A stretch of DNA of 64,000 bases from Candidatus Latescibacterota bacterium (GTDB lineage Bacteria > Latescibacterota > UBA2968 > UBA8231), in NCBI GenBank assembly GCA_965243025.1, contig CBDETY010000003.1:224001-288000 (forward strand), given 5' to 3'. This document shows positions 9,467-19,800 of the stretch, piece by piece (position 1 is the first letter of the stretch; each line of letters starts with the position of its first letter). The translations under genes and the position numbers were made by a program. The notes beneath the pieces were generated by a model. The model was not told where the DNA came from. It worked only from the letters and a program-made list of their open reading frames with translations, and ran no database searches.

Positions 9467-10105
9467 ATGACTACGCGCCTATTACTTGCAGGGAATCACA
9501 CGATCGCACGAGAAGGGTTGCGAGTATTTCTTGAACGTGAAAACGATTTTAAGGTGGTCGGAGAATGCGAAGACGGTCGCACCGCGGTCAACATGGTTCG
9601 CAAAGTCTCTCCGGATGTGGTGGTCATGGACGCGGTCCTTCCCGAACTGAACGGCGTCGAGGCGACGCGCCAGATCTGCGCCGAAGCCCCCGAGGTCAAG
9701 GTGGTAGGCCTGTCCATTCACCACGACAACTTCCTCGGACGCATGATGCGGGCGGGGGCTTCGGCTTACCTGGGAAAAACGGACAGCGCCCGGAACCTGG
9801 TTGAAGCGATTCGGCAGACATTGGCCGGGAACAAGTACGTGAGCCCGCAATTGATCGATGCCTTTGTCGGGTATATGCAGGGCCCGGAGAATAACGGGTC
9901 GCCCGTTCTGACCCCGAGGGAACGAGAGGTGCTTCAGCTCACCGCCGAGGGGAAATCACCCAAGCAAACGGCCGCGCAGCTCATGGTAAGCGAGAAAACC
10001 GTACGCTCCCAACTGGGGCGGCTCATGCACAAACTCCACCTGCACAACGTGGCGGCACTGACCAAGTACGCGATCAGAGAAGGGGTCACCTCCCCCGATC
10101 CGTGA
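9467..10105 (+). CDS. NarL/FixJ-family response regulator (REC + LuxR HTH) with atypical acidic pocket
   Basis: PDVVVMD and LTPREREVLQLTAEGKS...LMHKL; the usual ADDH reads AGNH. Confidence 0.9.
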   Translation: MTTRLLLAGNHTIAREGLRVFLERENDFKVVGECEDGRTAVNMVRKVSPDVVVMDAVLPELNGVEATRQICAEAPEVKVVGLSIHHDNFLGRMMRAGASAYLGKTDSARNLVEAIRQTLAGNKYVSPQLIDAFVGYMQGPENNGSPVLTPREREVLQLTAEGKSPKQTAAQLMVSEKTVRSQLGRLMHKLHLHNVAALTKYAIREGVTSPDP

Positions 10106-10123
10106 ATCTCCGGCCTGGCTGGT

Positions 10124-10355
10124 TGAACAGGTGATGGTAACTCCCTGACACCGCCCCCAAAGCGGAATAGTCAGGCCCGTTTTTCAACAACTGCTTTCCA
10201 CTGTCCAGGGGCTCGGCACAGAGCCCTTTCTTGAACGCCTGAAGCGGGGTCATTCCGTTCGTGTTGCGACCCTGATTCGGGCGTTTTCCGTTGTACTGAA
10301 CAGGCATGCATTCAAGTCCCTTCTGCATGCGCTTCAGAATTCATACCGCGTCTTT
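10124..10355 (-). mobile_element. Degenerate IS481-family remnant (transposase C-terminus and right end)
   Basis: Interrupted KTRYE / MQKGL..YNGKRPNQGRNTNGMTPLQAF resembles the IS481 YNxxRPHQG...TP tail; followed by terminal-like tgtcagggagttaccatcacctgttca. Confidence 0.6.
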
Positions 10356-10447
10356 GCCAAACCGAATTAACAGTCCCAGACCAATGGCTCGTCAAGACCT
10401 GACGGTGCTCGGTTCCCTGTAGCAGCAGTATTCAGTTAATCAAGCAT

Positions 10448-10506
10448 AGGCATTTCGGAAGTTACGTTGAGGCAATTCGGAAGTAATAATTAGGCAATTT
10501 CGGAGT
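10448..10506. repeat. Three imperfect direct repeats at 22-bp period
   Basis: aggcatttcggaagt (10448), aggcaattcggaagt (10470), aggcaatttcggagt (10492). Confidence 0.8.
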
Positions 10507-10641
10507 ATTAATTCGGCATTTGAGGACTCCCATTTCAATATCTGCACCATAGTGAATCGCACAATGATATGTTAAAATTGATAATAACTAATCGCCATAG
10601 GCGTTTCCGACTATGAATGATTGAAAAACCTATACCTGATT

Positions 10642-10704
10642 AAAGTCATTACTCGGCCAATTGATTTCCACATCAAAGTCATTACTCGGCCAATTGATTT
10701 CCAC
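10642..10704. repeat. Perfect 30-bp direct repeat, two copies, 33-bp period
   Basis: aaagtcattactcggccaattgatttccac at 10642 and 10675. Confidence 0.95.
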
Positions 10705-10813
10705 GAAAGTTGTTTTCACTCATTGCATTCGGCCTATCGAAACCATCGAAACCTATCCAACAACCGGATGATACGCGGTTTTGATGTTCTCAGCAAGGGA
10801 GAAGAAACCTAAG

Positions 10814-13800
10814 ATGAAAAGTGGCCACGAAGTTCCCATGGATATGAAATGGTTCCGCGGAGGAATGCTCGTAGTGCTGGCCGTGTCGTTTCTCGCTGGT
10901 GGTGCCCAAGCGCAGCCTACCGCTCCTACGGTGACGGTGACATCGGAGGTGGGAGCGCTCAAGGTGTCGTGGCCAGCGGTTTCGACGGCCGTCAGATACA
11001 CGGTGCAGTGGAAGTCGGGGGAGGAGCAGTACAGCGAGACCGAGCGCCAAGCCAGGGTGACCGGTACGGAGCATCCCATTCCGAACCTGAAGGCGGACAC
11101 CGATTACGATGTGCGGGTGACCGCTTGGGACCAAAATGGCGACTATGCCATGTCGGAGGTCACAGATAGTTCCCCGGCACCAGGAAAGGTGACGGGCGTG
11201 ATGGTGACTCCCGGGGTGGGGGGGGCCGCCACGAGTCTCATGGTATCGTGGACCGCGGTCACGGGGGCTACCAGCTACAAAGTGCAGTGGAAATCGGGGA
11301 TGGAGAATTACAGCGAAACGTCAGGTACCCGTAACTCACCGGTGACGGGGGATCCTCTTCCTACGAGTTTTGATATTCCGAGTCTGGAGGCCGGTACCGA
11401 GTACACAGTGCGGGTGATCGCCACGAACGACGCGGACGGCACCGAGGCCACCAACGACGGCGGGGACGGCCCGGCCTCCGATGAGGCCACGGGCACGCCG
11501 AAGCCGGTCCAGGTGGGGACCGTGACCGTGACTTCCGAGGAGGGGGCGCTAAAAGTAGGGTGGCCCAAGGTTCCGGGGGCCACCAGTTACAAGGTGCAGT
11601 GGAAGTCCGGGGGGGAGCGGTACAGCACGAGCCGCCAAGCCACAGCGACCCCATCGGGTGAGGAAAATGAAGAAGCAACATTAACCCTGAGGGCCAGCAC
11701 CAATAACTATACGGTGCGGGTGATCGCCACGAACGCCGGCGGCGACGGGCAGCCTTCCGCTGAGGTCATGGGTAGGCCGAAGCCGGGCCAGGTGCAGAAC
11801 GTGAGGGTTTCGGCGGCCGCGACGCCGCAGCAGCTGACGGTATCGTGGAATGCGGTTACGGGGGCCAGCAGCTACAAGGTGCAGTGGAAGTCGGGGACGG
11901 AGGAGTACGACGCAGACGGTTCGGCGTCGCCGCCCCGCCTAGCGACGGCGACCGGTACGAGTCATACGATTACGGGTCTGTCCGGCATCCCGCACACAGT
12001 GCGGGTGGTCGCCACCAACGATGGCGGCGACGCCAACGACACCGGCGACGGGGGCGACGGCCCCGCCTCCGCTGAGGCCACGGGCACGCCCAAGCCGGGC
12101 CAGGTAGGCACTGTGACGCCGACAGTTGGGGTGGAGCAGCTCAGTTTGAATTGGGACGATGTCACGGGGGCTACGGGATACACGGTGCAGTGGAAGTCGG
12201 GGTCGGAGCTGTACGGCGCCAGTCGCCAAGCCACTACGGCAATGTCGGAAATGGTGATTTATGATCTGACGGGAGCAACCGAGTACACGGTCCGGGTTTT
12301 CGCCTCGAACGCGAGCGGCGACGGTCTGCCCTCCGCAGAAGCCACAGGAACGCCGACAGCTGCTGGTGAAAACCAGGTGACCGGAGTGCGGGTGACCCCC
12401 GGCGTGGGGCAGCTCACGATAGAGTGGAATCCGGTCGCAGGGGCCACAAAATACACCGTGAGTTTGACGGAAGGTGGAAATACGGAGACATACGACAGAA
12501 CCCGTACCCGTACGGTGATTCCGAGTTTGACGAGCGGAACCGAGTATACGGTGACGGTGACGGCTGACGTTCCCGAGGTCGAAAATGAACCGGCCTCATC
12601 GCAGGTCACAGGCACGCCGCAGCCGGGCAAGGTGCAGAACGTGAAGGTGGTTGCTCAGGCCGATAATCCACAGCAGCTCACGGTAACCTGGGACCGGCTC
12701 GAGGGGGTCCTTGATACTGATGGATACAAGGTGCAGTGGAAGTCGGGGTCGCAGCAGTACGACGCCAGCCGCCAAGTCGAAGTGGACCAAGCAGCGACGG
12801 GCCCGATTACTGCTACGCTTGGGGATGGGACGGCGGGAACAGACGCGGACACGCCTCTGGACGGTGTCGCGCACACGGTGCGGGTAATCGGCACGAACGC
12901 CGGCGGCGACGGCCCGGCCTCGAACGACGTCACAGGTACGCCGAAACCGGGCCAGGTGGGGGCGGCGACTGGGACAGACGATGATGTGGTGGTGACTTCC
13001 GAGGTCGGGGCGCTCGCGGTGACGTGGGGCGCAATCCCGGGGGCCAGTAGCTACAAGGTGCAGTGGAGGTCGGACCAAACGGGGGAGACGGCTTACAACA
13101 CCTCCGACCGCCAAGCCACCGCGACCGGTACGAGTCATACGATTCCGAATCTGGATGCGGCCGCCACGTACGCCGTTCAGGTGACCGCCACGAACGCGAG
13201 CGGCGACGGCGCGGCATCAGCCGAAAACGCAGGAAATAAACCGAAGCCGGGTCAGGTGAAAAACGTGGTGGTGTCTGCCGCCGCCACCCCGCAGCAACTC
13301 ACGGTAACGTGGGGCGCGGTCACGGGGGTCGCCACTACAGGTGGATATAAAGTGCAGTGGAAGTCGGGGTCGCAGGATTACGACGCCAGCCGCCAAGTCT
13401 CGGTGGACGGAACGAGTACGACGCTCGGGGATGCGACGCCAGCAGAGGACACGGCTCTGGACGGCATCCCGCACACGGTGCGGGTGATCGCCACGAACGA
13501 TACCGATGCCGACACCGAAGACCCCGAAGACCCAGGCGACGGCGGCGACGGCCCGGCCTCCGCTGGGGTCACGGGTACGCCGAAGCCGGGCCAGGTGGGG
13601 GCCGCGACCGGGGATGACGATAATGTGGTGGTGACTTCCGAGGTCGGGGCGCTCGGGGTGACGTGGGGCGCAATCCCGGGGGCCAGTGGCTACAAAGTGC
13701 AGTGGAAGTCGGACCAGACGGGGGAGGATGCTTACTCCCCCAGCCGCCAAGCCTCGGTGACCGGTACGAGTCACACGATCCGGAATCTGTCGGCGGTCGC

Positions 13801-16800
13801 CGAGTACGACGTTCAGGTGATCGCCCGGAACGCGAGCGGCGACGGCCTGGCATCAGCCGAAAACGCAGACAATAAGGCGAAGCCGGGGCAGGTGACGGGG
13901 GTGGAGGTGGAGCCCGGCGTGGGAACCCTCGTTGTTACGTGGGACGCGGTCCCGGGGGTTTCCTCCGCCAATGGATACAAAGTGCAATGGAAATCGGCGA
14001 CGGACACGGATTACGATGCGACTAACCGTCAAGATTTGGCGTCCACTACGTCTAACACGATTGATGAGTTGACGGCGGGCACCCGGTACACAGTTCGGGT
14101 GATCGCCACGAACGAAGCGACTGGCACCGAGGCCCCCGGCGACGGCGGCGATGGCCCGGCCTCCGCGGAGGTTATGGGTGCACCGAAGCCTGGCGCAGTG
14201 GCCACACCGACGGTGACCGCCGGACCGGAGCAGCTCACGGTGGAATGGACCGCACTCTCGGGGGCCGAGGTCACCGGGACTGAGGTTGAATACAAGGTGC
14301 AGTGGAAGTCGGGGGACCAGGACTACGCGTCCAGCCGCCAAGCTACTGGGACCGCTTCGCCCCATGTGATCCGGAATCTGACGGGAGGTACTGCATACAC
14401 GGTGCAGGTGATCGCTACGGTGGCTTCGGTCGACGGCGATGCCAGCGAGGCCTCCCCGGCCACGCCGACGGCTGCCGAGGCGAACCAGGTAACGGGGGTC
14501 CGGGTGACGAATGTGGGGGACGAGCAGCTCACGGTGCAGTGGAACCGGCTCAGAGGGGCCACGGCCTACACGGTGGAATGGAGGGAAGAAAATGGTACTT
14601 GGGACACAGACGGATCGGCTGATCGCCAAGTTACGGGGATCCGCAGTACGTCGCATGTGATTACGGGTCTGACGGGCGGAACCGTCTACGAGGTGCGGGT
14701 GAAGGTTACCGGGGCCACTGACCCAGGCTCATTTGTTGTGGCCAGGGGCACGCCAACGACGGCTACCCCCCCCCAAGTGACGGAGGTCAAGGTGGCTTCC
14801 GCGGTGGATCAACTTACGGTATCGTGGAAAGAGGTCACGGGGGCTACCTACAAGATACAGTGGAAGACGGATTTTCAGCTGTACGCCGCTACCCGCGAAA
14901 TCGAACCAGCAACCGGTGACCTGACCACCGCCAATGGGGTAGTGAGCTATGATCTTGCTGCTGCTGTCGGGGCAGAGACACGACTGAAAACCGGCACCCT
15001 GTACATGGTGCGGGTGCAGGCGATCAAGTCTGCTGCCGAGCCCCCGGGGGGACTGTGGTCGAGCGGAGTCACCGGCATGCTGACGCCGGGCCAGGTGACG
15101 TTGGAGGCCGCGGGCGTGGTCTCCGGCTCCGAGAAGCTCACGGTATCTTGGGACGCAGTCCCGGGGGCGGCTAGCTACAAGGTGCAGTGGAGGACGGCAA
15201 GTCAGTTGACCTACCCTTCTAGCCAAGAAGCCACGGTGACCGGTACGGAGCATCCGATTGAGAATCTGGAGGCGGGCATCGAGTACACGGTGCAGGTGAC
15301 TGCCACGAACGCAGGCGGCGACGGCGCGGCCTCAGCCGCGCAAACAGGTACGCCCCAGCCGGGCCAGGTGACGGGCGTAGCGGTGACCCCCGGCGTGGGG
15401 GGAACCCCCACGAGCCTCACGGTGATGTGGGACGCGGTCACGGGGGTCTCCGCCACTAATGGCTACAAAGTGGAGTGGAAGTCGGGGTCGGAGGATTACG
15501 ACGAAGATAATTCAGACGGCCGTCAAGCCACGGTGAGCGGTACAAGTCATCCGATTCCGAGTCTGCTAGCTGACAAACAGTACACGGTGCGGGTGATCGC
15601 CACGAACGCAAGCGGGGATGGCCCGAAATCCGCTGAGGTCATGGGCAGGCCGAAGCCGGCCCAGGTGGGCGGCGAATCCGGGACAGATGATGATGTGACG
15701 GTCACTCCCGGCGCCGGGCAGCTCGCGGTGAACTGGGGAGTTGTCACGGGGGCTACTGGATACACGGTGCAGTGGAAGTCGGGGTCGCAGAGTTACGTGT
15801 CCAGCCGCCAAGCCACGACGGCGGGTTTGAGGCATGTGATCCAGAATCTGACGGACACCGAGCACACGGTGCGCGTGTTCGCCTCGAACCCGAGCGGCGA
15901 CGGACCGGTTTCAGCCGAAGTAAGAGGCACGCCGTTGTCGGTCCAGGAGGGCCAGGTGACCAACGTGCAGGTGACTTCGGGCGTTGGGCAGCTCACGGTA
16001 TCGTGGAGAGCGGTCACGGGGGCTACCGGATACACAGTGGAGTGGCGGGAGGAAACGGCGAGTAGTTTCGACCCGAACGACCAGGCCACGGCGACCGGTA
16101 CGAGCCATGTGATTGAGGATCTCGATGGAGGCACGGAGTATGCGGTGCAGGTGACCGCCATCCTGCCCGACGTGCTGTCCCCACCGGAATCGGACCTGGC
16201 TTACGGAACGCCGAGCCTGGAAATGGTGACCAACGTGGTGGTGACTTCCGAGGATGTGGAGCTTCTCACGGTATCGTGGGACGCGGTCTCGGGGGCCACA
16301 GGATACAAGGTGCAGTGGAAGTCGGGCTCGGAGGGGTACGCGGAAGACCGCCAAGCCGAAGTGACAACCGGTACGAGGTATACGATTGCAAACCTGATAG
16401 GAGGCACGCAGTACACGGTGCGGGTGATCGCCACGAAGGGAGCTTTGGAAGGACCGCCCTCGGACGAACACACCGGCACCCCGGGGGTCAATCCAGACCA
16501 GGTAGCGAACGTGGTGGTGACTCCCGGCCAGACGCAGCTCACAGTGGAGTGGGACCCGGTCCAGGGAGCCACTCAGTACAAGGTGCAGTGGAAGTCGGGG
16601 ACCCAGGACTATGCGGCCAACCGCCAGATGGTGGTGGATACCGGTACGAGGCATGTGATTGAGGCCCTGACGGCCGACACCGACTACACGGTGCGGGTGA
16701 TTGCTGTCGTGGGCGGGAACGACGGACCGGCCTCATCGGAGGAAATGGGGACGCCGACGAGTACGCCTACGCGTCCAACTACACCAACAACTCCATCTAC

Positions 16801-19800
16801 ACCATCTACTCCATCTACACCATCTACTCCAACCACCCCAACTCCTCCGCCAACAACAACGGAGCCTGAGACGCCTACGCAGCCGCCCGCCGCGACGCCC
16901 CGGTCCCCGCGACCGGGCAAGGTGACGATCTCGTCGGTGAAGGCGGGAGAAGAAGGCGGTCAGCTTGCGGTGAAGTGGCGGGTGACGGGCAAAGCATCCG
17001 GGTACAAGGTGCAGTGGAAGTCGGGAGACCAGGATTTCGGCTCGACCCGCCAGGCCAAAGTGTCCGGGATGCTCACGACCACCTACACCATTCCCGATCT
17101 TGACTATACAATCGAATACATGGTACAGGTCATCGCTTATAACTCTCACGGCGATGGACCGGCTTCGGACAGCCGCACGGGTACGCCGAAGCAGGGCAAG
17201 CCCAAGACGGGTATCGCCGGCATGCTGAAGGGGGAAGCGCGCGGCGCCAATGCGCAGCAGCCGCGCGGCAGCCAGTCCCAGGTTTCCACCCTGGGTCTGG
17301 ACCCGGAAGCGCATCTGGACGCCGGCCAGGAAGTGACCCTGACCCTGACGGTGGCCGAGTCCGCCTCCTATCTCCTGAAAGTAACCGGAGGCCGGGGGGT
17401 GACCTTGAGCGGAGACGGCGTGCTCGATCAGGGCGGCGGCGAAGCCCAGCTGGATGCCGACTCCTGGTCGGATGGACAGCGCACCGTGGTCCTCAAGGAC
17501 ACGGCAGGACCGGACACCCTGTCGGTGGTGCTCCGCAACACCTCGGGTGATCAGGTGGCGGCGCTGGAGCCCCGGATCGTCTACAACCCGGAGGTACGTC
17601 ACTCGCTGGTGGTTACCGGTCTGCCGGACACCCTGGCGGTGGGCCGGGCCTACCGGGGCGAAGTCTCGGTGGTGGACCGCTACGGCAACGCCCGCAGCGA
17701 CGACCGCGAGGTGGAGATTACGGCCGATCAGAGCGGCGTCAGCTCCTCCTCGCCGGTGGAGCTGGAAGCCGGCACCGGGGGATTCTGGGTGCGCAGCGAT
17801 GCGGACCAGGATCTGGTGCTGACCTTCAGCGACGCCGAGGAAAGCGCGGTAAGTCAGTCCGTGTCGGTGGTCGTGCGGCCGCTGGATGCTCCGGACAGGG
17901 TGATAGCCGCCGACCACCCGGGTGACGAGGGCGGGTTCGTCCTGTTGACGTGGGATCTGTCGGAAGACCATTCGATGATCAACAGCTACCGCATTTTCCG
18001 CGGAGCGGATTCCACGACCGAATGGGCGCAGGTGGCAGCCGATCCGGACGCCACCGAAGGCCGCGCCATAGTGGCGACGCTGGACACGGTTTCTTCGGTC
18101 TGGGGTGTTCTCGCCCAGCGCGGAGGAGACTCCATGGACGACGAGTCGATGTCGTGTGCGGAGATCGTGGTGGTGGGTTCCGACGTCGCCGGTCTGGATG
18201 TCCTGGTCTGGCGCACCGGTTCGGGGAACCGCCTGTCTTCTCCCCGGTCCTCCAACATCCTTTATAAGGGGACCACCGATGCGACGGGGCGGGTCAATCT
18301 GACCGTCAACAACCGGGGTCGCAGCAGCTACTACGCGGCCACCGCCCGCAACGCCGACGGCGAGGTAGTAGGCCGCTGGAGCCGCATCCAGCTGACTCCC
18401 TCCGAGTGTCCCAGCCTCGAGCTGACCCTGGGCGGAGAAGCTGAGGTGGACGTGTCGGGCGACCAGGCGCCGGCGGTGGTACTGCGGTCGTCGGTTACCC
18501 TGTCGGGTTCGGCTCGCGCCATCGACAACACGCCGCCGGCTGCGGCGGGGTCTTTCCGGGCCGTGGATGTCCCCGACGACGACGGAGGCCAAATCCAGTT
18601 GTCGTGGACCGAATCGACCTCGGACGTCTCGATAACCCGCTCCGTCGAGGGCGCCGTAGGTCCGGTAACCTCGGACATGAGCCGCGGCGTGGTGGGCTAT
18701 CGCATCTACCGGGAGTCTGCCGAAGGGTTTGCTCCCCTCGGGACGGTCGGTCCCGGTGTCACCGGTTTCGTGGATACGACGGCCATCACCGGAATACGGT
18801 TCACCTACGTCGTCTCCGCCTTCGATCAGGACAACGAGACCGTATCGGAGGAGGAGTCGGCCATGTCCATCCGCAACCGCGAGGAAGACGTCAACGGCAA
18901 GCTCATCCAGGGCTTGTTCGGGGCGGACAAGACCGTCGGCTTCGACGACTACTTCCACTTCGCCGATCACTACGGTTCCACGACTACGGATCCGGAGTGG
19001 GAACCGGCGTTCGATCTGGCCTCGAAGCAGGCGATTGACGGGGCCGGGTTGGAGGTCTTCGCCGAGAACTTCGGTCGTGAGACCGCCTCGGCAGCCAAGG
19101 TGGTGCCGCTGCCGCCCGGCCGGAACGAGCAGACGAGGCTGGATTTCTACGGCGGCGTGCCGCTGCCGCGAGTCGGGGAGGAGTTCGTCCTGACCGTGCA
19201 GCTGAGCGACTTCGGTCTGCTCAAGGGCTACGGCTTCCAGATCGAGTTCAATGCGGAAGAGCTGGAGGTGGTCCGTGCGGCAGCCGCCGACAACGGCCTC
19301 GGGGCCGGCACCCTGGCTATCCCGCAAGTCCTGGCCGTGGCCGACGGCAAGCGGGCCATCGTCGCCTACGGGGACGGGGTATCGGAAGGCACCCTGGCGG
19401 TGGACATCGTTTTCCGCGCCCTGCGGGAGTTCGAAGGCGGCTTCATCAAGGTCTCCGAGGGGCAGGTCCGCGACGGTGCCTTTGCCGTCAACCCCCTCGC
19501 CTTGCCGCCCCCGGTGGAGATGGAGACCCTGCCGGAGGTGTATGCCCTGGGCTTCAACTACCCGAACCCGTTCAACCCGGAGACGACGATCAAATACGCG
19601 TTGCCTCAGGCGTCGGACGTTGAGCTGGTTATCTACAACTCGCTCGGCCAGGTGGTGCGAACCCTGGTGAACGAGCGCCAGGGGGTAGGCCGCTACGCCT
19701 TCACGTGGGACGCGACCAACGACCGCGGCCAGGCGGTGTCTTCGGGAATCTACCTGTACCGCCTGCAGGCAGGAGAGTTCGCCAAAGTCCGAAAGATGTT

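Noticed and set aside
16733-19327. 864-aa minus-strand ORF
   Set aside because: Shadow of the FN3 gene with no domain motifs.
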